58,584 nucleotides of DNA from an uncultured Bacteroidales bacterium (GCA_964520585.1 CAZFOO010000012.1:1-58584); one strand, 5' to 3'. Counted from the first letter of the stretch, positions 10,344 through 19,885 are shown. Notes: generated by a model not told the origin, from the sequence alone. Made by a program: numbers and translations.

Positions 10344-10808
10344 ATGGAACCCTCAAAACTTGGTCATTATTATGAAGAGTTTGTTGTTAACGAAACTATC
10401 GAGCATTCACTTTCAAAAACTATTTTCGAAAGTGACAATAATATGTTTTCACTTCTGACAATGAATCATCATCCTGTTCACATTAATACTGATTATGCTA
10501 TAAACAATCAACATGGCAAGTTGTTGGTTGTCGGCACGTTAGTGTTTTCACTTGTTGTTGGAATTACAGTACCTGATATCAGCGGTAAGGCAATTGCTAA
10601 TTTAGGTTATGAAACCATTGATCACCTTGCTCCAGTCTTTATTGGTGATACAATTTATGCTAAAACAAAGATTTTATCAAAAAAAGCATCTTCATCAAAA
10701 CATGACAGGGGCATTATTCATGTTGAAACCATTGGGTATAATCAAAATAATGAGGATGTTATTAAATTTAAGCGTTCAGTTTTATTAAAAAAACAAAATT
10801 TTATCTGA
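10344..10808 (+). CDS. MaoC-family (R)-specific enoyl-CoA hydratase/dehydratase
   Basis: GHYYEEF, DNNMFSLLTMNHHPVH catalytic-type segment, PVFIGDTI. Confidence 0.85.
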   Translation: MEPSKLGHYYEEFVVNETIEHSLSKTIFESDNNMFSLLTMNHHPVHINTDYAINNQHGKLLVVGTLVFSLVVGITVPDISGKAIANLGYETIDHLAPVFIGDTIYAKTKILSKKASSSKHDRGIIHVETIGYNQNNEDVIKFKRSVLLKKQNFI

Positions 10809-10809
10809 T

Positions 10810-11700
10810 ATGAGCCAAAATTTATTTCGCAGTTTAATGTTTGTCCCTGCACACAATAAAAAACTTATGGATAGTGCAGCAAAATCCAATGCCGACGTTC
10901 TGCTTCTAGATATTGAAGATTCTGTTCAACCAAAGGATAATAAACAAATTGCCAGAAATACGATTATTGATTACGTTAAAAAGGGCAAATTTATAAACCA
11001 TTGTCTTTATCCACGTATCAACGACAGTGAAAGCGGAGAGTTATTAAAGGATTTGACGCAATTAACTATAGAAGGTATTGATGGATTTATGTATCCAAAA
11101 TCATATAAAGGAGATGACATATATTTTATTGACAAATTGCTTGAGACTATAGAATATGAAAGAGGGTTTGAAAAAGGCAGATTTAAGCTTATACCATTAA
11201 TCGAAACCTCTGCTGCTGTACTGAATGCGCAAGACATAATCAAAGCTAGTAAACGCGTTGTTGCTATTGCGTTTGGTTGTGAAGATTTTATTACAGATTT
11301 GCAGGGGGTGCATGATCATGAAGGTCAGAGTATTTTTACTCCAAGAGCATTGATTGCTCTTGCCGCCAGAGCAAATCAGGTTATCCCTGTGGATACAGTA
11401 CATATTAATGTTCATGATATGGAAGATCTGGAACGTAATCTGATTATTGCAAAAAACCTTGGTTTTGAAGGTATGCTTGTGCTAAATCCAAAAGAAATTC
11501 CTTTGGTACATAAATATTTTTCTCCTTCATTAAAGGAATATGATTCTTCTCTTGAAATGCTGAAACTTGCTGCAGAAGCTGAAAAGGAAGGGAAAGGTGT
11601 AGCAGTCATGAACAACAGATTTATTGGACCGCCTATGGTAGTAACAGCTAAAAGAATTATTGGAAGGTATGAAATGATTCAAAATAAAACAGTTCTCTGA
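10810..11700 (+). CDS. CitE/HpcH-family CoA-ester lyase (malyl-/citramalyl-/citryl-CoA lyase-like)
   Basis: RSLMFVPA, LLDIEDSV, PRIN, LIET, FGCEDF, LGFEGM, FSPS. Confidence 0.85.
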   Translation: MSQNLFRSLMFVPAHNKKLMDSAAKSNADVLLLDIEDSVQPKDNKQIARNTIIDYVKKGKFINHCLYPRINDSESGELLKDLTQLTIEGIDGFMYPKSYKGDDIYFIDKLLETIEYERGFEKGRFKLIPLIETSAAVLNAQDIIKASKRVVAIAFGCEDFITDLQGVHDHEGQSIFTPRALIALAARANQVIPVDTVHINVHDMEDLERNLIIAKNLGFEGMLVLNPKEIPLVHKYFSPSLKEYDSSLEMLKLAAEAEKEGKGVAVMNNRFIGPPMVVTAKRIIGRYEMIQNKTVL

Positions 11701-11702
11701 AA

Positions 11703-12362
11703 ATGAAAAAGCTTGTTATCTTAGGAGGCAGGGGTATAGGAATGATTGCTGCTTCAGTTGCAAATGATTTGGGTACATATGAAATTATGGGGTTTTTAAA
11801 TGATTTTTTGCCTGTCGGTGAAAAAATAGGAAAATACAGGAGCTATAAAATTATTGGCAAGTCATTAGATGTTTCTAACTATTTGGAAGACGAAAATGTT
11901 TATTTTTTTATCGGTTATGTAGGAATGAAAAATGAAAAAGAAGTATATGAAAAAATCACTTCATTAAATATTCCCCGCAACCGTTATGCAACTTTAATTC
12001 ACCCTACAGCAATAATCCCAAAGGGCTTTTGTTGTATTGGAAATGGCGTTTTGATGGCACCCCTGTCACAATTATCTCCGGATACTACTGTTGAAGATAA
12101 TTGTATTTTATTGCCAAATTCTTTCCTGGGTCATGATAGCACGATGAGAAGGTTTTCACATATTACCTCAAATAGTGTAGTTGGCGGGAATGTCATTATC
12201 GGGAAAGGTGTGCACATAGGCACTAATGCAACAATACGTGAAGATGTAACTGTTGGTGATTTTTCTCTCATTGGCTCAGGTTCTGTTGTACTTAAAGATG
12301 TTCCTGGTAATTCAATTGTTGTTGGAAACCCGGCAAGGATACTAAAATCAAAAAATGAATGA
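11703..12362 (+). CDS. NeuD/PglD/VioB-family sugar N-acyltransferase (left-handed beta-helix)
   Basis: LVILGGRG Rossmann-like start, ATLIHPTA, GHD, hexapeptide repeats, VVGNPARIL. Confidence 0.85.
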   Translation: MKKLVILGGRGIGMIAASVANDLGTYEIMGFLNDFLPVGEKIGKYRSYKIIGKSLDVSNYLEDENVYFFIGYVGMKNEKEVYEKITSLNIPRNRYATLIHPTAIIPKGFCCIGNGVLMAPLSQLSPDTTVEDNCILLPNSFLGHDSTMRRFSHITSNSVVGGNVIIGKGVHIGTNATIREDVTVGDFSLIGSGSVVLKDVPGNSIVVGNPARILKSKNE

Positions 12363-13345
12363 GTATTCCTCTGGTTTCTGTCTGCTGCATTACCTATAAT
12401 CATGAAAATTATATCGGCGATGCAGTTGAAGGATTCTTAAGCCAACGGACCACCTTTCCTGTTGAGGTTATTATCCATGATGATGCTTCAACTGACAGGA
12501 CAGCCGGTATTATTAAAAAATATGCTAATCGGTATCCTGAAATAGTTATACCAATACTTCAGGAAGTAAATCAATATTCAAAGGGCATAAAGCCATCAAC
12601 AACTTATGTTTGGCCCCGGGCTAAGGGTAAATATATCGCTTTATGTGAAGGTGATGATTTTTGGACTGATCCTTTAAAACTGCAGAAACAGGTTGACTTT
12701 TTGGAAAATAATAAAGATTTTGTTTTATCCTTTCATAATACCATTGGCATAAACGAAGATAAAGGATATCCGGAACAAATAAAAATGGTAAATCAGTTGT
12801 TACAATTACCTCCGGAAAAAGTGCCGGTTGAGCATCGTACTCATACATGCTCTTTATTTTTTCGCAATATTATCAAGGATTTTCCAAAGGAATACTTCGA
12901 AGTTGTCAACAGTGATACTTTTTTAATTTTTTTATTATCACGACATGGAAAACGTATATATCAGAATGATATCTACCCATCGGTAAGGAGATATCATAAA
13001 ACTTCGGTCTGGGCATCAAAAGGTTTAGAGTACAAGAAAAAACAAAAAATAAACACCTATTCCAAGATGCTTGAGATAGCAATTAATGATGATGAGCGTA
13101 ATCGGATCAAGGTAAATATTATTAAAGAGCATATTCAGATTTTTCAACATCAGTTTTCCAGATTCAAGATAAGATCTGGGTTTAAGAACCTGTTTGTAAC
13201 TTTAAAGATCGCAATCAAACAAAAAAACCTGCTCTTGTTTTGTTTATATGGTTTGCCCGGGTTGTACTACCTGTCAAGAATACCATATAAGGTATACGCA
13301 AAACTGAAATACTATATGAGTAATTCATTGACTATCAAATCCTGA
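12359..13345 (+). CDS. GT2 glycosyltransferase
   Basis: VSVCCITYNHENYI, HDDASTD, ALCEGDDFWTDPLKLQKQV. Confidence 0.9.
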   Translation: MSIPLVSVCCITYNHENYIGDAVEGFLSQRTTFPVEVIIHDDASTDRTAGIIKKYANRYPEIVIPILQEVNQYSKGIKPSTTYVWPRAKGKYIALCEGDDFWTDPLKLQKQVDFLENNKDFVLSFHNTIGINEDKGYPEQIKMVNQLLQLPPEKVPVEHRTHTCSLFFRNIIKDFPKEYFEVVNSDTFLIFLLSRHGKRIYQNDIYPSVRRYHKTSVWASKGLEYKKKQKINTYSKMLEIAINDDERNRIKVNIIKEHIQIFQHQFSRFKIRSGFKNLFVTLKIAIKQKNLLLFCLYGLPGLYYLSRIPYKVYAKLKYYMSNSLTIKS

Positions 13346-13361
13346 TTACAATACCCGTTAA

Positions 13362-14555
13362 ATGAATATCCTGATATATTCTACCAAATCAGCTTATGCA
13401 TTTTCAAAAATTGGGGGAGCAGAATCATCTTTACAACTGATAGCTGAAAAGCTTGCAGATAATGGCAATAAGGTGGTTTTTATAACCGGCAAGGGAAACT
13501 GGCGATTAAAATATAAACCTGTGGTATTTAAAAAGGTTCAGGTTTATTTTTTCCCAAATTTTATTGATCGCCTGATTCTTATAATTTTTAACAAATTCTT
13601 ATCATCTTATCAATTTATCGTATTTAAAAAGCGATTAAAGAGATTACTGAAAGAAACCATTCTTCGCGAAAAAATTGATATTGTTTATACGTACTATGAA
13701 TTAGATATTCTTAAACTTTTTATTAGTGTTCAACGGGAAACTAAAAGCTTTGCTCTGGTAATGCGTATGGCTGGTTTGTTTTGGCATGAACAAATTAAGA
13801 AGAATTCCTTATTGAAAGCAGAATATGAGCAAGTATTTAATTCGGTTGACAGTATCAATTATATATCTGCCGGTCTTTTAAAGTTAGTTAATTCTCTTTG
13901 CGAAGATTCAGGGGTTAACCTGAATAATAAGAGGTATTTTACTGGAGATATTGGGGTTGATAGTTTCGAAGCACAAAAAATGTGGAAAGGCCCAAAGCTT
14001 GATGACAAACTTGTTATTCTTGTAGCAACCAGGTTTTCAGTACATCAAAAAAGACAGGACTTGATAGTTGATGCAATGGCATTTTTAAAAAATGATGACA
14101 GGATTAAATTAATAATGGTTGGAGATGGGCCTAACAGAAGTAAAATAGAGCAGAGGATAATCCATCATGGTTTGGAAGAAATTGTTTCAGTTATTCCCTT
14201 CATTCCCCAAAAGGAGTTATGGGAGCTGATGCAGAACGTGGATATTTTAGGTCATCCATGTGATTACGAAGGTTTAAGTAAAATAATCATAGAAAGTATG
14301 ATGATGGGTCTGCCTGTACTTGGTTCAAATGTATTGCCACTTTCAGATTATATTGAGGATGGAGTTAATGGTTACCTTTCAGATAATATACCTGAAAAAT
14401 GGGCTAAAAAAATTGTTTCAATATTGGGCAATAAACAGGATCTGAATAGAATATCAAAAAATGCAATGCTCTTTGCTGAAAATAATTATGATGCAAATCA
14501 TAATGTTGAACTATTTGAGAAGGAATTCAGTAAATTGATTAAATCAGAAAAATAA
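13362..14555 (+). CDS. GT4 glycosyltransferase
   Basis: GGAE, MVGDGP, YEGLSKIIIESM (EX7E). Confidence 0.85.
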   Translation: MNILIYSTKSAYAFSKIGGAESSLQLIAEKLADNGNKVVFITGKGNWRLKYKPVVFKKVQVYFFPNFIDRLILIIFNKFLSSYQFIVFKKRLKRLLKETILREKIDIVYTYYELDILKLFISVQRETKSFALVMRMAGLFWHEQIKKNSLLKAEYEQVFNSVDSINYISAGLLKLVNSLCEDSGVNLNNKRYFTGDIGVDSFEAQKMWKGPKLDDKLVILVATRFSVHQKRQDLIVDAMAFLKNDDRIKLIMVGDGPNRSKIEQRIIHHGLEEIVSVIPFIPQKELWELMQNVDILGHPCDYEGLSKIIIESMMMGLPVLGSNVLPLSDYIEDGVNGYLSDNIPEKWAKKIVSILGNKQDLNRISKNAMLFAENNYDANHNVELFEKEFSKLIKSEK

Positions 14556-14591
14556 AAGTAATCGTTAAATGTAGTTATTACTGGTGCAGAT

Positions 14592-16310
14592 ATGATAGAA
14601 AGTTTTTTAATATTTAGTAAATCATACAGGTTTTTATGGTTTTTTTTAATTGCAACCTTTTTGGCAACTAATATTTCTGGTAATGATGTTCCTGCTTTCC
14701 CTGGTGCAGAAGGATTTGGGAAATACTCAAAAGGAGGAAGGGGAGGGGTAGTTTTACAAGTAACTAATGTGAATGACAACGGACCAGGTAGTTTACGGGA
14801 AGCTTTGGAATATGAAGGGCCTCGTATAATTGTCTTTTCTGTAAGCGGAGTTATTAGTTTGAAGGAACCCATTTTTATTGATAACCCTTTTGTAACGCTG
14901 CTTGGGCATACTGCTCCTGAAAAAGGTGTTGCTATTCGGGGTAATCAGTTACATATACGCACTCATGATGTTATAATAAGATTCTTGAGAATGCGTATCG
15001 GAGATGTGAATTTTGGTAAGCTTAACCATTGGCAATCATTAGATGCAATAGATATTGGTAATGGTAAAAGCGATGATGTTCATAATATTATTATTGATCA
15101 CTGTTCTATAAGTTGGGCTACAGATGAAAATATTGGTTTATGGGGTGACTCCTATAATATTACAATTCAAAACAGCATTATTAGTGAAGGCTTAAACTTT
15201 GGTAAAAATATTCAAAAAAGAGGAATGGGTATACTGGTTGGTCCTTGGGCTGAAAGGATTTCCATTCTGAATAATCTTTTTATTCATAATGGTAAAAGAA
15301 ATCCAAGAATGGGCAATGGGGGATTAGGGGATGTCAGAAATAATACAATATATAATCCTGGCTGGATGGGAATAAATATTTGGAATGAAAAAACAGATAA
15401 ACCACAAACTCTTAATATAGTTAAGAACATTTTTATACCTGGTCCTGATACAGAATTTGAAAAAGAAATAAGTATATGGGATCCTACTACACATCCTGGG
15501 AAGGTTTATATTGCTGATAACCTCGGATTTTCAGGTGATACTAATTATGATAACTGGGTAATGGTAGAAGATGCTAATTCCCCTAGGGATCCTATCACTC
15601 CGGAACAAATTGAAAGAGTTAAATCCGACGAGGAGTTTCTTAATGAGGTTTCTAAAACTAAATCATTTGAAGAAATGAATCATTATGTTCAATATTATGT
15701 AGGTGCAAGTTTGCCTTTAAGGGATGAAGTTGATGTAAGACTTATCAATGAGTGGAAATCAGGAAAAGGGAAATTAATAAAATCACAAGATGAAGTTGGT
15801 GGTTGGCCTGTATATAGTGCCGGTATTAAGAGGGTTACCTTGTTTGGTGAAGGGAATGGGGATGACATTATTCCTTTGGGATGGAGAGAAAAGTATAATA
15901 TTTGGCGTGGAGACGAAAATGAAGATTTCAATGGTAACGGATATACTAATATTGAGGAGTTTTTTAATGGTACTAATCCCTTGAGCCAGGAAGAACCTTC
16001 CATAATGCAAATATTTGAAGGCTTTGGAGCTATAGTTGAGGAAAAAAGAAGTGTAGAATTAGAACAAAATTTCCCTAATCCTTTTCGCGATTATACTAAT
16101 ATTAGATTCTCTATACAAAAACATGTTTTTGTATTATTTAATATTTACGACTATACAGGTATAAAGGTTGATGAATTGGTTGATGCAGAACTTTACCCCG
16201 GCCGATATGAAATCCTTTGGAAACCCTCAAAAGGACTTCCTCCAGGGATTTATTTAGGATATATGGTTATAGGTAATGAAAAATTAAGTATTAAAATGAT
16301 GATGAATTAA
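14592..16310 (+). CDS. PL1 pectate-lyase-like protein with T9SS type A sorting domain
   Basis: PAFPGAEGFG..GGRGG..VTN..D.GPGSLR, IIDHCSISWATDE, RNPR; C-terminal LEQNFPNPF...IYD..G...PPGIY...K.M. Confidence 0.85.
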   Translation: MIESFLIFSKSYRFLWFFLIATFLATNISGNDVPAFPGAEGFGKYSKGGRGGVVLQVTNVNDNGPGSLREALEYEGPRIIVFSVSGVISLKEPIFIDNPFVTLLGHTAPEKGVAIRGNQLHIRTHDVIIRFLRMRIGDVNFGKLNHWQSLDAIDIGNGKSDDVHNIIIDHCSISWATDENIGLWGDSYNITIQNSIISEGLNFGKNIQKRGMGILVGPWAERISILNNLFIHNGKRNPRMGNGGLGDVRNNTIYNPGWMGINIWNEKTDKPQTLNIVKNIFIPGPDTEFEKEISIWDPTTHPGKVYIADNLGFSGDTNYDNWVMVEDANSPRDPITPEQIERVKSDEEFLNEVSKTKSFEEMNHYVQYYVGASLPLRDEVDVRLINEWKSGKGKLIKSQDEVGGWPVYSAGIKRVTLFGEGNGDDIIPLGWREKYNIWRGDENEDFNGNGYTNIEEFFNGTNPLSQEEPSIMQIFEGFGAIVEEKRSVELEQNFPNPFRDYTNIRFSIQKHVFVLFNIYDYTGIKVDELVDAELYPGRYEILWKPSKGLPPGIYLGYMVIGNEKLSIKMMMN

Positions 16311-17422
16311 TGAGAATTGGGATAATTAATCAGCATATATTCGATATTCTGGGGGGGAGTGAAGTTCAATGTGATATAATTGCCAGGCATCTAGGAAATA
16401 AAGGCCATGAGGTTTATTATTTTGCGGTAAAAGGAAGAAAAGTACACTATGACACACAGTATAAAGTAATTCCCATTCCTGATTTGAAGCCACTTCCACT
16501 ATATCAATTGCTTAAAGAAAAAAAGATTGATGTTGTATATTGGAGATATAATAAAAAAAGTTTATTTGTTACGGCATTTATCTCAAAATTGGCCGGATCT
16601 AAATTTATCTATTCAATTAGCTCAATTCCCGATACACGTTTGTTGATTAATAGTGGGGAAAGCCGAAATCAAAATATGACTTTCAGGCTAGTAATTGACA
16701 CCGGAATTCTTAAATCAATCTTTCGAAAGATATACAGATCCTTCAAAAGTGCTTCTAATTATATTGCAGTTCCCTTATTTGCAGATGGTATTATCAGCAA
16801 TAATTCTGACCATCTTAATCATATGGATTTAAAGAACTTTTGCAGGGGAAAAAAAGTAGTCATTCGTAATTCTGTAGAACTGTTAGATGGTAAATTTGAA
16901 TGGCCTGCTCCTTTTGTTATTTGGATCGCAAGCCTAAAGTCAAAAAAAAATCCTGAAATTTTCCTCAAATTGGCTAAGGCTTGCAGATTTAAGAATATAG
17001 ATTTTCTAATGATAGGTGCTATACAGGATACAAAGTATGATTATTTTTCACACATGAAAGATTTAGAAAATTTTCATTATTTGGGTCTTCGTTCGTTACA
17101 TGTGGTCTTTAGTATGTTGAATAATGCTCTATTCCTTGTACATACATGTGATCCCGAGGGCTTCCCAAACAATTTAATTCAGGCATGGTCATCAGGAAAG
17201 CCTACAATAAGTTTATTCTATGATCCTGAAGGCTTAATTGAGAAGGAGGAGTTAGGATTTTATTCAAGATCCTTTGATAAGTTAGTTTCAGACACTGAAG
17301 ATCTTATTAAGGATGAAACCCTGAGAGAAAATATGGGAAATAAAGCAAGAGAATTTTCAATGATTCAATTTGATCCTGAGAAAAATGTGCAAAAACTTGA
17401 GAGGTTTTTTCAAACTATATAG
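16310..17422 (+). CDS. GT4 glycosyltransferase
   Basis: GGSE, KKNPE, EGFPNNLIQAW; TAATG overlap with the lyase gene. Confidence 0.85.
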   Translation: MRIGIINQHIFDILGGSEVQCDIIARHLGNKGHEVYYFAVKGRKVHYDTQYKVIPIPDLKPLPLYQLLKEKKIDVVYWRYNKKSLFVTAFISKLAGSKFIYSISSIPDTRLLINSGESRNQNMTFRLVIDTGILKSIFRKIYRSFKSASNYIAVPLFADGIISNNSDHLNHMDLKNFCRGKKVVIRNSVELLDGKFEWPAPFVIWIASLKSKKNPEIFLKLAKACRFKNIDFLMIGAIQDTKYDYFSHMKDLENFHYLGLRSLHVVFSMLNNALFLVHTCDPEGFPNNLIQAWSSGKPTISLFYDPEGLIEKEELGFYSRSFDKLVSDTEDLIKDETLRENMGNKAREFSMIQFDPEKNVQKLERFFQTI

Positions 17423-17482
17423 TGATAATGAATTGGATTTTGGTTGTAGTTGTGAAAATGCTGTAAAACTGATGTTGTAAAA

Positions 17483-18757
17483 ATGAACAGTAATCTTGTA
17501 GATACTTATCTTTACTACTCGTACATACATAAATGTAATGCTGAAATTTTAAACCATGATTTTTGGCAAAGCAGGCCAGTAAAGAATAGATACACAATCA
17601 TGGAAACAGCAGACAGATTTGATCAGATTTTCGACCAGTTGCTAAACGAAAATTCCTCCAGCAAGCATATAGTACCTTTAAGTGGGGGATGGGACAGTCG
17701 TGCTATCCTGGGTGCATTATGCGAAAGGATTAATAATGATGAAATTGAAACTGTAACTTTCGGGGTTCCTGGACAACTGGATTACGATATAGGCCTTATG
17801 ATTGGAAAGAAAACCGGCGTAAAATTCAATAGTTTGGATTTGAGGTTAATAGATTTTAATTGGGAAGCAATTATAAAATCTGTTAAAATTTCTCCGTGGA
17901 CCTATGTTCCGGATGGTTTATTTAATCAGGCTTCGATAGATTTCGTTATGAAAAAAAATGGTTTAATCTGGAGCGGGTTTCTTGGAGATCCCCTCACCGG
18001 GAGTCATTTAAACACTGCTGTAAAGGAATATGCAGAATTTGCAGACTTATTTGTGAAAAAACAACAGAGGTGCACTTCACTATTTTTGCCCTCTGCAGAT
18101 TATAAGCCTGCTTTGCCAGAAAGTTTTGATTCTGGTAATACGAATTACAGGTATGATGACTATTTGGATTTAGTTATCAGACAGGCAAATTGTATTGCAC
18201 CTATTGTGTTATTTCGGGATATTGATCGTTTGGATACTACCATTATTGATTATAAAAATAATATAAAAGTTGTTGTTCCCTTTTCAGAGAAGAACTGGAT
18301 CAGGTATTGGCTTGATGCTCCTGAATCTTACAGAAGAGAACAAAGACTTTATTTGGATATGCTTAATTATAAATTTCCAAAGCTTTTTGCCTTACCATCA
18401 AAGCAAGATCTGGGACTTCCGCATAATGCATCAATAAGAAAATTTTTAACTAAAGGGAAGCATTATATAAAAACTAAAGTTCAAAAGAAATATCCATACT
18501 TAAGGATAAGATCCGGCATTAACTTGAATTACCTGGATTATGATCAAATGTATAGGCACCGTAAGGATTATAAGGAAACCCTGCTTACAGCTTTTGATTA
18601 TCTGAAAAGTAATAAAATTGCTCTATGGCTGAATTATGATAAGTTATGGAATGAGCATATGAGAAACCAAAAGGATTATGGTGATGCTTTTAATGTATTA
18701 GTTGGGTTGGCTGCGAATCTTAAAGTAAGTGAGGATGATAATAATTTATTTGGTTGA
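17483..18757 (+). CDS. asparagine-synthetase C-terminal-like ATP-dependent amide ligase lacking a glutaminase domain
   Basis: PP-loop VPLSGGWDSR, TFGVPGQLD, WSGFLGD; no N-terminal Cys Ntn domain. Confidence 0.7.
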   Translation: MNSNLVDTYLYYSYIHKCNAEILNHDFWQSRPVKNRYTIMETADRFDQIFDQLLNENSSSKHIVPLSGGWDSRAILGALCERINNDEIETVTFGVPGQLDYDIGLMIGKKTGVKFNSLDLRLIDFNWEAIIKSVKISPWTYVPDGLFNQASIDFVMKKNGLIWSGFLGDPLTGSHLNTAVKEYAEFADLFVKKQQRCTSLFLPSADYKPALPESFDSGNTNYRYDDYLDLVIRQANCIAPIVLFRDIDRLDTTIIDYKNNIKVVVPFSEKNWIRYWLDAPESYRREQRLYLDMLNYKFPKLFALPSKQDLGLPHNASIRKFLTKGKHYIKTKVQKKYPYLRIRSGINLNYLDYDQMYRHRKDYKETLLTAFDYLKSNKIALWLNYDKLWNEHMRNQKDYGDAFNVLVGLAANLKVSEDDNNLFG

Positions 18758-18763
18758 AAGACT

Positions 18764-19885
18764 ATGAAGATTGCATATATTTCAACTTCCACTATACCTT
18801 CTAAATCTGCAAATAGTGTCCATGTAATGAAAATGTGCCAGGCTATTGTCAGAAGTGGCCATTCGGTATTGTTGTTTGCACAAAACAGACGGACAAATGT
18901 TATTCATGAAATTAAGAACGATTTTGATTATTATGGAATAGACAAATGCTTCCGGATTATTAAAATTCCCTGGTTGCCTGTTTTTGGAAGAAGCATTATT
19001 TATAGTTTTCTTTCTGCAATTAAGGCCAGAATAAATAAAGTTGATCTGGCATTTTGCAGAAGCGTTGCCGGAGCCTATTTTTCTGCTAAATTCGGTTTGC
19101 CAGTAATTTTGGAAGTTCATGCTCCAATTCTTGTTTTTGGAAGGTTTTCTGAGATACTGTTTAAAAGATTAATTAGAAGCAGTAATTTGAAAAAACTTGT
19201 AGTAATAACTCATAGTTTAAAGAAATATCTCGTTGAAAAATACAATTTAATTAATGTCGATGTTGTTGTAAGTCCAGACGGAGCTGATGAATATAAGTCC
19301 GATGATTATTCGCCAATTTTAATTAATAAAACGAAACAACTAAATGCAGGTTATGTAGGGGGTCTTTATACAGGTAAAGGTGTTGAAATTATTATGTTGC
19401 TTGCTAAAGAGTGTTCATGGGCAGATTTCCATATTATTGGTGGATCAGATGAAGAGGTGAATAGTTATAAAAAGGAATTTTCGTCCTTGAAAAATATCAC
19501 TTTCTATGGTTATCAACCTCCTTCAAAAGTTAATTCATATCTTCAGTCTTTTGATGTTGTCCTAATGCCAAATCAAGAAAAAATGTCCACTTTTGGTGGC
19601 AATGGTGATATCGGAAAGTGGACATCACCTCTTAAAATGTTCGAATATATGTCTGCAGCTAAACCCATTATTGCTTCACGACTTGAGGTATTGCAAGAGA
19701 TTTTGGAACATGAAGTTAATTCCTTGCTTTGTGTGCCGGATAATATTTCTGATTGGAAAACAAGCCTTGAGAGATTAAGAGATGATGTTAAATTAAGGAA
19801 ATTTTTGGGAGACAATGCTTTATCCGATTTCCTTAAAAACTATACATGGAAAATCAGGGCAAAAAACTTATTAAATAATATTTAA
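18764..19885 (+). CDS. GT4 glycosyltransferase
   Basis: ANSVHVMKMCQA, YVGGLYTGKG, TSPLKMFEYM. Confidence 0.9.
   Translation: MKIAYISTSTIPSKSANSVHVMKMCQAIVRSGHSVLLFAQNRRTNVIHEIKNDFDYYGIDKCFRIIKIPWLPVFGRSIIYSFLSAIKARINKVDLAFCRSVAGAYFSAKFGLPVILEVHAPILVFGRFSEILFKRLIRSSNLKKLVVITHSLKKYLVEKYNLINVDVVVSPDGADEYKSDDYSPILINKTKQLNAGYVGGLYTGKGVEIIMLLAKECSWADFHIIGGSDEEVNSYKKEFSSLKNITFYGYQPPSKVNSYLQSFDVVLMPNQEKMSTFGGNGDIGKWTSPLKMFEYMSAAKPIIASRLEVLQEILEHEVNSLLCVPDNISDWKTSLERLRDDVKLRKFLGDNALSDFLKNYTWKIRAKNLLNNI

Noticed and set aside
5583-12362. Secondary-metabolite (antibiotic) gene cluster
   Set aside because: No PKS, NRPS or GT1; the genes are embedded among wzz, wzx, wzy and GT2/GT4, so a surface glycan is the likelier product.
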